Of a stretch of DNA of 64,000 nucleotides, positions 20,726 through 30,561 are shown in pieces. The stretch comes from an uncultured virus (IMG/VR IMGVR_UViG_3300020256_000017) (Duplodnaviria; Heunggongvirae; Uroviricota; Caudoviricetes): IMG/VR virus record IMGVR_UViG_3300020256_000017; one strand, given 5' to 3'. The translations under genes and the position numbers were made by a program. Within the stretch, counting starts at the first letter, position 1. Each line of letters starts with the position of its first letter. The notes beneath the pieces are model-generated. The model was given only the letters and a program-made list of their open reading frames with translations, made no database searches and had not been told where the DNA came from.

Positions 20726-21235
20726 TTATGACGATTTGCTGCACAGCGACTGAGATAGCGCCTGTTCTGCGTTGACGATATCATCAAGCGCCTTTTGAGC
20801 CGCGTTGATTTCAGCGGTCTTTTTGCTTTTGAGTTTCTGAATATCCTCGGCATACACACTTAGCGCATACACGCGCCCATCTTCATTGAGAAAATCCCAC
20901 AACGCGAAGATAGTAACATAGTCGTTATAGACGTTTTCTAATTTTGCCCCTTCCACTTGAATGTTAGCAAGGTATTCGACGCCGCCTAATCCTCTCGGAA
21001 AAGCGCCATCAATACGGATGCGATATTCATCGTTGTAATAGCACGTCCACCCATTCCCTTTGCCTAGGAAGCTTTCCGGTGTCGTGAAACTGACATCCAA
21101 GAAAGACAAAAGTGACGATATTTTAAGTCGATTTTTGTTGCGGAAGCTTATTTTTTCTTTGTCTAACTGAGTGGCAAGACTTTTAATCGCCGGTGGCAGT
21201 TCAAATCGTGGTGACACATTCTTTTTCATGAGCAC
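20726..21235 (-). CDS. Hypothetical protein
   Basis: Cassette-driven. Confidence 0.7.
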   Translation of the reverse strand: MLMKKNVSPRFELPPAIKSLATQLDKEKISFRNKNRLKISSLLSFLDVSFTTPESFLGKGNGWTCYYNDEYRIRIDGAFPRGLGGVEYLANIQVEGAKLENVYNDYVTIFALWDFLNEDGRVYALSVYAEDIQKLKSKKTAEINAAQKALDDIVNAEQALSQSLCSKSS

Positions 21236-21343
21236 GCTCTCTGTGTTGTTGTGTTGACAAGGTTAGTATCTCAGATGCTGAGAGCGTTGTCAATGGGTTT
21301 GACCTCGCACATGCAAGGCCAATGTCAGAAATAGCGATTGACG

Positions 21344-21688
21344 TTAGCTGCCAAGGTAGGTGCGCAGTGCGCGTTTGACGTCATTGGCATAGCTAGACGC
21401 TTCGCTTTCAGCCGCATTTTTTTCTTGCTCTGCCTCCTCCGCTTCCTCGCTCTCCATGTCAGCGTTGTAGTAGGTGTCTTCAGCGAGTTTAAGTTCGCCT
21501 ACGGCATGCGCCCAATTTTCATATGCCGAAAGAAGCTCATCGGCGTCCGCGTCCTCAGAGACATTGCGCTCTCCCATAGACTCACCCACGAGTGTTTTCA
21601 CGAGTGTGGTGTCAGGCTGATGGTTCGCTAGCGAGTCTAATACTGTGGACTCAAGCTCTGAAGTCGATGATGATTGTTCGTTGCTCAT
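21344..21688 (-). CDS. Acidic hypothetical protein
   Basis: Cassette-driven; start corrected. Confidence 0.7.
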   Translation of the reverse strand: MSNEQSSSTSELESTVLDSLANHQPDTTLVKTLVGESMGERNVSEDADADELLSAYENWAHAVGELKLAEDTYYNADMESEEAEEAEQEKNAAESEASSYANDVKRALRTYLGS

Positions 21689-21849
21689 AATGAGATTCTC
21701 TCTGTTGTGTTGACAGAATAAGTATCGCAAAAACTGAGAGTGTTGTCAATAAATTTGTGCACAGTGGTTGATTGTTAAACGACGAAAACCGTCGTAAGGG
21801 AAGCAAAAAAGGCGCAGTGCGCCTTTCAAATGGATGTTGTCACAACGTG

Positions 21850-22440
21850 TCATTCCCATTCTGATTGCGTCAGTATCATGGTAATGATCGCATCCCCATC
21901 ATCATGGCGAGCCATCACATCGTCATGCCATGCGACAATGTCGTCGCGACCCACTTCTTTGACCCGTGCCAGCCACGTTTCTCTCACCTTGCCTTCAGGG
22001 GCTTCGTCAGGGTAAGGCGCAATCAAATCCTCTGGCGTGTCACCGTTGTTGACTAAGTCGCGTAGCACCACGCCCTCTTTAGCAAAATGAATGCGGCTTA
22101 TGACGTTGGCGTATATCGTGACTAAATCAATAGTGTAACCCAGGGTTTTAAGTAACGCATTCGCGCCCTCTAGCTCAGCCTGACTGTACTCAGGTGGTAG
22201 GGCAGCAAATGAACGAGCGCAGGTGCGGAATTGAACCGCCATCGGTATGACGGCATTAACATCCGCAGTCCCTCCCGCATTGGCTTCAATTATGGCCGCG
22301 AGATTAGCTTCAAGAGCTTCAGCATCGCACAACTCATCAAACGCAACCAGCAACAACGAAACAAACGCCGTGCTTTTTCCCTCAATACCAGAGAGTAGGG
22401 CATCAAGGTATTCTTTAGATAGTGGAACAGCGTTATTCAT
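21850..22440 (-). CDS. Hypothetical protein
   Basis: ORF with RBS. Confidence 0.7.
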   Translation of the reverse strand: MNNAVPLSKEYLDALLSGIEGKSTAFVSLLLVAFDELCDAEALEANLAAIIEANAGGTADVNAVIPMAVQFRTCARSFAALPPEYSQAELEGANALLKTLGYTIDLVTIYANVISRIHFAKEGVVLRDLVNNGDTPEDLIAPYPDEAPEGKVRETWLARVKEVGRDDIVAWHDDVMARHDDGDAIITMILTQSEWE

Positions 22441-22491
22441 GCCATGAATTCCTTTATGTGGGTGTGCGCCACAATGGGCGCACGGAAGCGG

Positions 22492-22683
22492 TTAACCGTT
22501 GTCGGATACAGGGGCGCTTTGCACTAGTTCATTAAGATCAGCAATCAGCTGTGAAACGGCCTGAGACACCTCGTACGATTTCGGGTTAGACTCATCAAGT
22601 GCATTGATGATCTTGCGTTTAAGCTTGCCTGCTTCGCTCGCGACCTCACGAACTAATTGAATTTTCTTTTCTGACATTGTCAT
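22492..22683 (-). CDS. Small hypothetical protein
   Basis: Cassette plus GGAG. Confidence 0.65.
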   Translation of the reverse strand: MTMSEKKIQLVREVASEAGKLKRKIINALDESNPKSYEVSQAVSQLIADLNELVQSAPVSDNG

Positions 22684-22781
22684 TCTCCGTTGTTGTGTTG
22701 ACCAGGTCATCATCTCAAATCGTGTGTGTGTTGTCAACCTTTCTACGCATAATATTGAAAATAATCAAATTTAAAAGATGC

Positions 22782-22935
22782 AAAAAAGCCCGCCAGCATA
22801 ACCTGGTACGGGCGTTGTCGTCACAACAATGTGAGGGTCGGCGGCGAGAAGGCGTCAACACAACAGGCCGCCGACGTAAAGGATGCCCGGCGAGGGTGTT
22901 TTACGTCAACAAAACAACAGGTGCCGGGACTTTAA
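22782..22935 (-). ncRNA. Candidate small RNA antisense to the cassette leader
   Basis: Minus strand: CCCGGC[acctgttgttttgttgacgtaaaacaccctc]GCCGGG, GTCGGCGGC[ctgttgtgttgacgccttctc]GCCGCCGAC, small TCACA/TGTGA hairpin, then terminator GCCCGtaCCAG..CTGGCGGGC-T6. Confidence 0.75.
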
Positions 22936-22968
22936 ATTCAATACTGATGGTTGACGCATCAGGGTGCA

Positions 22969-23337
22969 TTATCCTTGGTTCATTAGAATGGTCGCCAAGG
23001 CGCTTTCGTATTCGGATAAGTAATCGTTCTCAGGGTTAGTGGCTAAGACGAGTGTAAGCGCAATGATAAGGCTGTCTCGCATTTGACCCACTAACTTATA
23101 ATTCATGTTATTTAGCGGCTGGTTCGCGATATGGTAGAGCAGGGAAGTTTTGGCGATGTACTCACTGCCGCAGACCCCGTTTTCAGCATTAAGGCGTTGC
23201 TCCATTTCGAGCACATCGTCAAGTTTCATCGCCAATATCGATGATTGCGCACCAAGTTTTTCTCGCAGCGCTGTCCACAGTTTCTCCACGTTAACACGGT
23301 TTGTTTTTTGTTTATTGTTCGTTGATGCGTGAGACAT
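22969..23337 (-). CDS. Hypothetical protein directly upstream of candidate sRNA
   Basis: AGGAG RBS. Confidence 0.65.
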   Translation of the reverse strand: MSHASTNNKQKTNRVNVEKLWTALREKLGAQSSILAMKLDDVLEMEQRLNAENGVCGSEYIAKTSLLYHIANQPLNNMNYKLVGQMRDSLIIALTLVLATNPENDYLSEYESALATILMNQG

Positions 23338-23409
23338 GATAGCTCCTGTTGAACGATGATTGTGTTAGGTCTTGATAGGGGTGGCAAATCGCCACCCGCA
23401 TAGTGTTAC

Positions 23410-23901
23410 TTAAAGGGCCTCGTAGTTGATGACCAGTGCGCGCACTGCGTCATCATCCTCATCCCCCTCCTCAACTACGGCGTAGCCAGAGTCCGAGGAT
23501 GGGCTGCGGTTAAGATAAACCTCATTAACCTCATTAAAACCAATCGCCTGAATCGTATTTCCGCGGTCTCCGTAGTTCCACGCAGCGACAACAAAGTCGT
23601 CATCATCAAGTCCCGTTAGGTTATCGAGAAAGTCGCCTACCGTCATATGTTCAGAGACGTCGCCCGGTTCGAAGAAGTGAATAGGGGTGTCGCTGTCATC
23701 TTCATCGCCCTCCTCAACCACGGCATACCCAGAGTCTGAGTAGCTCGATGAGGTGATAAAGCCAGATGTAAGGTCGCCCAGTGGTACTGCCTGCATCGTT
23801 CTAGCGCGGTCACCGAACGTGCATGTTGCTACAACAATGTCATCGCGATCAAAGTGAGATAGCGCGTCGATGCATTCAGCTTTGGTTAGGGTTGAAATCA
23901 T
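23410..23901 (-). CDS. Acidic protein with internal duplication
   Basis: GDR..T.QA and SDSGYAVVEEGDEDD each occur twice. Confidence 0.75.
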   Translation of the reverse strand: MISTLTKAECIDALSHFDRDDIVVATCTFGDRARTMQAVPLGDLTSGFITSSSYSDSGYAVVEEGDEDDSDTPIHFFEPGDVSEHMTVGDFLDNLTGLDDDDFVVAAWNYGDRGNTIQAIGFNEVNEVYLNRSPSSDSGYAVVEEGDEDDDAVRALVINYEAL

Positions 23902-24023
23902 GGTGTTGCTCCGTTGTTGTGTTGACAGGGTTAGTGTCTCAAATGCTGTGTGTATTGTCAATGTTTTTTTAATAGAAAAGGCTGCTATTGAAAATAAACA
24001 AGAGCAGCCACTCAGTGATTGAC

Positions 24024-24368
24024 TTACATCACCTCAGCCGCGGCACGCAAATCATTAAGCGCCTCTTCAAGCTCTTCACGGGCGTCGGTTTCTGCTTCAT
24101 GTGCGTCATCAATGTCATCGACATCGTCGTCATCATCGGCAGCTTCGATAGCCTCAACCGTATTCATCGCGTTAACCCATTCCATGAAGGTGTCATCGAC
24201 GCGTTTAATGTTGACCGCAAGGTTGTCAAGAGACGCGCTCTTGGCCTCTTCAATCAATGCGTCGACACCAGCAATGTTGGTGCTATCGTCATTGCTATCC
24301 ATGCGCGTTTGAATACTTGCGCATGATGCTAAAATTGCTGTTTTTAATGTAGAGGTCAGTGCTGACAT
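24024..24368 (-). CDS. Very acidic helical protein
   Basis: Cassette plus GGAG. Confidence 0.7.
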   Translation of the reverse strand: MSALTSTLKTAILASCASIQTRMDSNDDSTNIAGVDALIEEAKSASLDNLAVNIKRVDDTFMEWVNAMNTVEAIEAADDDDDVDDIDDAHEAETDAREELEEALNDLRAAAEVM

Positions 24369-24479
24369 AAGGTGTTACTCCGTTGTTGTGTTGACAGGAT
24401 TAGTATCGCAAAAGCTGTGTGTGTTGTCAACGTTTTTTTATGTTTTTAGAAAAAACACCGCAAGTTAAACCGTTGTTTG

Positions 24480-24851
24480 TTATGCCGCGTGCTCGGCAGC
24501 AATCGTTTGCAGCCACGTTATGTCATAGCGCTCTGCCGGTACCCACTCCTGTTCGTTCTCAGACCACCACTCATCTTGGGCATTAACCCAAAATAAATCC
24601 TTACATTCACTGGTATCTTGCTTGACAGCAACAGCGCCTTCAGGACCTTGTCCCCAATGGATTTCGACAGCAACATCTTTTGACGCAATCGTTTGAAGCC
24701 AGGTGACCGGGAACTGTTCAGGTGATGACCATTCCTTATCCGCTTCCGACCACCATTCGCCTTGCGCATTGACCCAAAATAAGTCTCTGCATTTGCTGTC
24801 ATCTTGCTTCACCGCTACGGCACCTTTAGGGCCCAAATCAAAGTTAACCAT
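24480..24851 (-). CDS. Trp-rich protein with two ~60-aa repeats
   Basis: GP.GAVAVKQD...C.DLFWVNAQ.EWWSE...WLQTIA twice. Confidence 0.75.
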   Translation of the reverse strand: MVNFDLGPKGAVAVKQDDSKCRDLFWVNAQGEWWSEADKEWSSPEQFPVTWLQTIASKDVAVEIHWGQGPEGAVAVKQDTSECKDLFWVNAQDEWWSENEQEWVPAERYDITWLQTIAAEHAA

Positions 24852-24916
24852 TATGTGTTTCCTTGTTGTTTACGTATTGCGTGACAGCGAATGTGCCACG
24901 CAAGCGCTGTGAGCTT

Positions 24917-25888
24917 TTATGCCAAGCCAGTAAATGCTTGGCGTCGAAGATCGTTCTCATGGAGGTGTATACCGCCGCCAAAGCAGGGGGTGTCGTTATG
25001 CGCCAAGATGAACATCATCGATGCCGGAGAAAAATGCAGCGTGTACCCATCCAATAAGGCATAGGTGTGTATGTCGTCACTGATTGAGAGCGGTGCGAGT
25101 GGCAGCAATGCGGCTGATAGTGGAACGGTAAGTGCCCCCTCCAACACCCCCTCTTCAAGAAAAACGGTTAGGAGGTCTAGCTCACTATCAACGACATCCT
25201 GGGAAACCGAGAATATCGCCATATCCGAGAGCGTGTAGCGTTTCATCACCTCGTCGCTATCCAGTGCAAAGGGAATGCCGGCGCTTGTAGTTAACATCAT
25301 TGATTCAAGCAGGGTGAATGCCTGTGTCGCCATTGTTCTGTCTGACATTTTAATGCCATCAAATAGGCCATCTCTTGACATTGATAGCACAACCGCAGGC
25401 GCATCGCTTTTTGACGTGATACAGGTTGCGAGCTCTTCATCAGTGGCAGGGTAGGCCTCATCCATAGCAAGGAGCTCAAAACGTTCCTCAATACGGTCGT
25501 GCTCGAAATCGCTGTCCTCTAAGGCGATGGCATCAAGTACAGAAAAATGGACACCGACTTCAACCAAGTAGTCGGGCGCATAATCTTCGTACTTGTTTTT
25601 GTGTAAAAATTCCCAGCGGCGAACATGCGTCACATTATTGTAATGCGCGAACATTTCATGGGTGTTGTTAAAGCCAAGCAGTGTGGCTGTGATGTCGTCG
25701 GCAACGCGTGCGTCGAGATTATTATCGCCTTTTGAGCCAATGGCCTTGCTCATTGCAGCCTGGACAGCAGGGTCGTCAATGGTGTGTGATAGCAAGATGG
25801 CAAGCTTATTCGGGGAGAATGATTCTCGCAGCGAGTCTCGTAGCCCCTGCATGTGTGATTTAGACACGATCTGTTGACGTAATGACAT
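24917..25888 (-). CDS. L3-associated protein
   Basis: RBS GAGGAA; DDITATLLGFNNTHEM. Confidence 0.75.
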   Translation of the reverse strand: MSLRQQIVSKSHMQGLRDSLRESFSPNKLAILLSHTIDDPAVQAAMSKAIGSKGDNNLDARVADDITATLLGFNNTHEMFAHYNNVTHVRRWEFLHKNKYEDYAPDYLVEVGVHFSVLDAIALEDSDFEHDRIEERFELLAMDEAYPATDEELATCITSKSDAPAVVLSMSRDGLFDGIKMSDRTMATQAFTLLESMMLTTSAGIPFALDSDEVMKRYTLSDMAIFSVSQDVVDSELDLLTVFLEEGVLEGALTVPLSAALLPLAPLSISDDIHTYALLDGYTLHFSPASMMFILAHNDTPCFGGGIHLHENDLRRQAFTGLA

Positions 25889-26055
25889 AAGGTGTTCCTC
25901 ATTAGTGGTGCGCTTGTGCCCCGTTCCCAATCGCACCTAAGGTATTATGCCGTTGTATGTAACGTACCACAGGTGAATAGGTAAAGATGTTGCTTACGAT
26001 TTTGGCCAAAGGGGCGGCGTAGGTCGTATGGCCTACACTCCATCGGAGCAACTTA
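25889..26055 (-). ncRNA. Pseudoknot leader RNA L3
   Basis: Promoter TTGACT at 26084; GCCCC (26015-26011) complementary to GGGGC (25922-25918), after GGAAC, in hairpin GGTGCG/CGCACC. Confidence 0.65.
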
Positions 26056-26085
26056 AATATATCAAACGAACAAACTAGAGTCAAC

Positions 26086-26110
26086 AAAAAAAGACCCTTT
26101 AGGGTCTTTT
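26086..26110 (-). terminator. Intrinsic terminator
   Basis: A-tract GACCCT/AGGGTC T-tract. Confidence 0.7.
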
Positions 26111-26131
26111 TGTTAGAGCGCTGAGTGCCGC

Positions 26132-26380
26132 TTACGCGTTGTCTTTTTGCGAAAGCACAAAGTGATGCGTGACGGTGCTGACGGTTTCAACGTAAGCGTC
26201 TGCGTCCCCGCCAAAGTCATAATCGACCGTTTCGCCATCTTCTATGCCTGCATCCTCAAGCGCGGTCTGCGCCTCTTTGCTAAAAATAAGCGCGATGCCT
26301 TGATTGCTGTCTCCCGGCGTCATGTACTTGCGTAGCACCTCAGCATCTTCGGGTGAAACAAAGTGAACTGTTGCTGCCAT
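26132..26380 (-). CDS. Small acidic protein
   Basis: GAGG RBS; terminator downstream. Confidence 0.65.
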   Translation of the reverse strand: MAATVHFVSPEDAEVLRKYMTPGDSNQGIALIFSKEAQTALEDAGIEDGETVDYDFGGDADAYVETVSTVTHHFVLSQKDNA

Positions 26381-26466
26381 AATAAAAACCTCACTTGGTG
26401 TATACGCCTGCGGATATGCCCGCAGGCAGGTTGAAAGTGGTGTGTAATGGGTTGCGTTACGTTACG

Positions 26467-26832
26467 CTACGATATGAGACGCATAGCGAGCAATGATAGT
26501 TGGATGAGCAATAAGATGATGCCCGTGATAGCGAAAATAAAGAAGTAGGCCAGTCCCGAATTATTATCGTTGTGTTCTGGCACCTCCAAGAACACGCACA
26601 GCGTAAATAAAGCGCGTGTGATGATGTTGCCACGCCCATACCCTTTGTTGAGCGTGTAGGCAAGCATCAAGAAGGTAAAAGCCAATGTGCCTGCTAAGAA
26701 GCCACTCATTGCCTCTGTGAGCGTGAGACCGGCTACCACGCTACCAAGAACCATCGCGATAGGGAAAACGATGTTAAGGTGTAGCGTGCTTGCTAATGCA
26801 AGGTACCACTGTGGGATGCGAAGCTCATTCAT
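26467..26832 (-). CDS. Membrane protein
   Basis: GAGG RBS; several TM segments. Confidence 0.65.
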   Translation of the reverse strand: MNELRIPQWYLALASTLHLNIVFPIAMVLGSVVAGLTLTEAMSGFLAGTLAFTFLMLAYTLNKGYGRGNIITRALFTLCVFLEVPEHNDNNSGLAYFFIFAITGIILLLIQLSLLAMRLIS

Positions 26833-26881
26833 GCCGATATGTCCTCTAGTTAATAGTCGTGGTGCTAGGAGATAAAAAGGC

Positions 26882-27271
26882 TCAGTTGCAGCCTTTAAAT
26901 GCCCATTCACCGTCAAGCGTCGAGACAAGCGTATTGGCAAGTGCGCCACACACTTCATCGGCTTTTCTCCATGACACGACAAGATCAAAGCCAAGGCATG
27001 AGCCAGACAGCATGTCGTCATTAGGGTTCTCAGGATCTTCAACTAAATGCAAGCGTCCAAAACCCTCTTTGCCATTGACAAGAATATCGATACCTTCTCC
27101 GTTGTCATCCCCTTCATCCGTGAAATCCTGGAAGGGTTTTAGTCGGATAGTGTTCTTTTTGCCATCGTCTCGTGCTGATAGCGTTAAAGAGGTGCGAACC
27201 TGATTGGCGCGTTCAATGAAAAAAGCAATTTGCTCTGGGGTAATAGTTGACGCTTGAACGGTTGTGCTCAT
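26882..27271 (-). CDS. Hypothetical protein
   Basis: Cassette-driven. Confidence 0.7.
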   Translation of the reverse strand: MSTTVQASTITPEQIAFFIERANQVRTSLTLSARDDGKKNTIRLKPFQDFTDEGDDNGEGIDILVNGKEGFGRLHLVEDPENPNDDMLSGSCLGFDLVVSWRKADEVCGALANTLVSTLDGEWAFKGCN

Positions 27272-27400
27272 GGTGTTTTATCCTGCTGCTGTGTTGACGA
27301 GGTTAGTATCTCAAAAACTGAGAGCGTTGTCAAATAAAAAAGCTATCACAAATAAAATAATCTGCTACTATTAACATCATGTTCACAAGGAGGTTGGATG

Positions 27401-27556
27401 ATGACTAACGGAATATATGGCGTCGTGTTCGGTGGTGCCGTGGCGCTGGGAATATCACTTATCGCTTTATTTTTACCCGAACTACAAACAGTAGCCCCTG
27501 TCGCACTTTCAGCGCTAGGTTTGGCTGTTGGGTATGCAGGGCGGCGTAACGTATAG
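27401..27556 (+). CDS. Small two-TM protein (51 aa)
   Basis: AAGGAGG RBS; hydrophobic; below ORF-track cutoff. Confidence 0.55.
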   Translation: MTNGIYGVVFGGAVALGISLIALFLPELQTVAPVALSALGLAVGYAGRRNV

Positions 27557-27575
27557 TTACGCCAACAATGTAGCG

Positions 27576-27980
27576 TTAGGCTGTCTCTTTGGCAGCCTCA
27601 GTGTCTTTAAGATAAGCCATCTGGGCCTCGCCTTTTTCACTGAGTGTGAGCCCACTCATTTCACACACGCGCGCAACGAGCTTCTCAACATCAGCGCTAG
27701 GCAGAGATAAGGACTCAAGCGTTTTAGCACTAAAGCGTGCCGCTTCCTTTAATCCCATAGTGACACCTTTACCGCCATAGGCTTTAACAAAGCTGCCGTC
27801 GCGTGACTTAAGCTGCGCATTGGCTTCATAACGCTTGGGTGGCTTACCGCCACGGGCACGCGGAACGCTGCCATCATTAAATGCGACCTCTACCTCGATA
27901 TAGGTAGGCAAGCCTTTGGTTAGCGGGCAGCTGTCTGATGTTAGGCAGTCGATACGTGCAATGACATTACGTCTATTCAT
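27576..27980 (-). CDS. Hypothetical protein
   Basis: Cassette-driven. Confidence 0.65.
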   Translation of the reverse strand: MNRRNVIARIDCLTSDSCPLTKGLPTYIEVEVAFNDGSVPRARGGKPPKRYEANAQLKSRDGSFVKAYGGKGVTMGLKEAARFSAKTLESLSLPSADVEKLVARVCEMSGLTLSEKGEAQMAYLKDTEAAKETA

Positions 27981-28064
27981 GGAATTACCTTCTTTGTTGT
28001 GTTGACCCGTGTATCATCTCACAATGTGAGTGCGTTGTCAATGATAACGCACTTAATGGCGCTT

Positions 28065-28373
28065 TTACTCAGCGGCGTAAAGATCACTGTTAGGGTTTTG
28101 AAGCTCTGAGATGACGTGTTCAGCTTGCTCTCTCAGTGCAAAGAACACTTTGTTTCGGAAAGACTCAGGTGTGCGGTATGTGATTCTAATTTTGGTCCCA
28201 CTTCGCATAGGAATTTCAGGATCATAGTCATCCGCTCCTGGTGAGTTGTCAAAAGCCGTCACCAGGTCGACCTGGTAATTGATTTTAACCACGGTGCCAT
28301 CATCGCGCTTTCCATCTGTGTTGCTGCTGATAAGGCGTGTGGTGTAGATGTTCTGAAGTCTGGTTTTGCTCAT
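28065..28373 (-). CDS. Hypothetical protein
   Basis: Cassette-driven; start corrected. Confidence 0.65.
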   Translation of the reverse strand: MSKTRLQNIYTTRLISSNTDGKRDDGTVVKINYQVDLVTAFDNSPGADDYDPEIPMRSGTKIRITYRTPESFRNKVFFALREQAEHVISELQNPNSDLYAAE

Positions 28374-28632
28374 AGCAAGGTTCTCTTGTTGTGTTGACAA
28401 TGTTAGTGTCTCACAGACTGCGTGGGTTGTCAATGGTTTTTTTTATGGTGCTGCAAGTGTCAGGTTGTTTTACACTGGTGGGTGTATATTCATAAGGAGT
28501 GTAAATGTGTGAATATACAAGGCGCTGAACGACTGCGGGTGCGCTTTTAAATGCGTGAAAAAGGCGGCATAAGCATTGCATGAAGTGGGGCGATTTAAGG
28601 ATAAACATACAAATGTAAAGTGGGGAAGAAGT

Positions 28633-29394
28633 ATGAAAAATTTTTTCAAAAAAGGTGTTGCTGCTTTTGCAATAACCATTGCAATGGTAAGTGGTGCAAA
28701 CGCTGCAAACTATATTCCGCTAGACTGGAAGGCAGAAGGTGACGGGCTTGCTTTTCTTGACTATGACACCGGGATAGAGTGGTTAAAGCTTGACCAGACA
28801 AAAGGGATGTCAATTAACCAGGTGAGTGCAGAGCTCGGCGATGGCGGTTTGTTTGACGGGTGGCGTTTTGCAACGGCACTTGAAGTACAGGATATTGTGA
28901 CTGATTTAACGGGATATGACACCAGTCAATCTCGCTATTATTACAACAACCGCGAAAGCTCACCAGCAGTACAAGAAATTGTTGACGATTTTAGTGCTCA
29001 GTTCGGGTGGACGTACAAGCGCATATCGGGTTCGTCATGGAATGTAGAACATGACTATTACTCCTACGGCATGTATGTTAATGAAGGCAATGTGAATATG
29101 GCGGGTGTACGTTGGTTCAAAGATCCGATGACAACGCAGCGAACGCGGTATTATTCGTATTCCTATATTGATTACACGCATGAGTCATATACGTTAGACG
29201 CAACAGCAGCAAGTCGGGGCGTTTACCTGGTTGCTGACGGTGGCGCCACATTGACCACGCAAGAAGATATGTCCCTGGTGGAGAATAATGCTAATGCCCG
29301 GTTAGCCAATGTAAGCGCGCCAGGCGCTGTCATGGCAGGATTGGGGTTGTTGTCTTTAGCCGGTCTAAAAAGACGTAAGAGCGCCGCGCGCTAA
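28633..29394 (+). CDS. PEP-CTERM-type exported protein
   Basis: Signal peptide ending ANA; DTGIEWL..GWRFAT motifs; C-terminus VSAP-TM-KRRK. Confidence 0.8.
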   Translation: MKNFFKKGVAAFAITIAMVSGANAANYIPLDWKAEGDGLAFLDYDTGIEWLKLDQTKGMSINQVSAELGDGGLFDGWRFATALEVQDIVTDLTGYDTSQSRYYYNNRESSPAVQEIVDDFSAQFGWTYKRISGSSWNVEHDYYSYGMYVNEGNVNMAGVRWFKDPMTTQRTRYYSYSYIDYTHESYTLDATAASRGVYLVADGGATLTTQEDMSLVENNANARLANVSAPGAVMAGLGLLSLAGLKRRKSAAR

Positions 29395-29473
29395 CATCTC
29401 AATTTCATACCTCGCCCCGTTTTTTCTGGGGCGAGTTTTACCCTCATAGCTCACACCAAAAACCTCAAAAAAG

Positions 29474-29532
29474 TTGACTTGTGATGTTAATTTTAGTAAA
29501 ATTGACTACGTCAACACAACGAGGTAACAGCC
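29474..29532 (+). promoter_or_regulatory. Plus-strand cassette variant
   Basis: TTGACT...TAAAAT...CGTCAACACAACGAGG upstream of ATG 29533. Confidence 0.75.
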
Positions 29533-29880
29533 ATGAACATTGAACAACTACTCCAAGAGCCACGCATCCTGTCATCGCTCATACAAGCAGTAGCAACCAT
29601 TTTTGGTTCACTTGTCGCGCTGGTGGGGCTATTAATCACAACCAATGCGATATGGAATAGGCGTAAGCTGAAAACGAGCCTGCTTGAAGCCTATCAAGAC
29701 CTGCGCGTATACCAAGAGGTTGAGCGAGTCCATGTTGAGATGAACATTGGACGTGGTGAAACGTCAAACATGAACAAGGTGAGAAACATTGTGTTTGAAG
29801 AAAAAGGTATTCGTACGTCTGGCAAAAACTCTCCGGCTCAAGTAGAGCGTAAAATCGCAAGGCTGGAAGGAAGCGAATAG
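29533..29880 (+). CDS. Single-TM protein
   Basis: Plus-strand cassette, RBS and terminator. Confidence 0.7.
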   Translation: MNIEQLLQEPRILSSLIQAVATIFGSLVALVGLLITTNAIWNRRKLKTSLLEAYQDLRVYQEVERVHVEMNIGRGETSNMNKVRNIVFEEKGIRTSGKNSPAQVERKIARLEGSE

Positions 29881-29985
29881 CACGCCACAGAACTCACTTA
29901 ACATACAAAAAAGGCGGTTCTTTCGAACTGCCTTTTCTTATGCTGAAACGCAAAGTGACTAATAAACGACACCTTTAGCAATGAC

Positions 29986-30561
29986 CTAAATCAAGTGCTT
30001 TGATTGAGGTAATGATGTAAAGCTCACCTCTTCTTTATCAGGATTAATGTCGATAGTGTATCCTAGCGCTTTCACCACCGCATCGTATTCCATTGCATAC
30101 AGAGAAAGACGTGTGGCGACGCGCAACCATTCCTTGTCACAGTTGTCGTTAGTGATACAGACTATATACTCGCTTACCTCATCATTAAAAACGAGCGAGT
30201 CGTCAATGTCCGATAACTGAGCGTGAAATTTGCTGAGGCCGTCAGGTTCGTAAGTGCGATCGATGACGCTAAGGGCAGATGAGTAATCATCTTGATGCAC
30301 CAGCGCAAGGGATAGCTGTGTGCCACGTTGCTCTGTCGTTTCTATATCAAAGTAAACGGGAACAAAGCCAAGTGCATTAAGCTCGCGCAGTGTGTTTGTC
30401 GTCACATGCATGGTGCTAGGCACGTCAGATGACGCACGGCGAGCGTAGATTTCAAACTCATTAAGGTTAACATCGTCTTGAATATAGAAGCGTAAGTGTT
30501 GCCATTTAATTAGCGTGGCATTGATGGTTTTGCCATTAATAGATAATGATAGTCTATCCAT
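29986..30561 (-). CDS. Hypothetical protein
   Basis: GAGG RBS. Confidence 0.7.
   Translation of the reverse strand: MDRLSLSINGKTINATLIKWQHLRFYIQDDVNLNEFEIYARRASSDVPSTMHVTTNTLRELNALGFVPVYFDIETTEQRGTQLSLALVHQDDYSSALSVIDRTYEPDGLSKFHAQLSDIDDSLVFNDEVSEYIVCITNDNCDKEWLRVATRLSLYAMEYDAVVKALGYTIDINPDKEEVSFTSLPQSKHLI

Noticed and set aside
22677..23039. 120-aa + strand ORF over the candidate sRNA
   Set aside because: No RBS, overlaps a cassette and two - strand genes; the segment is better explained as structured RNA.
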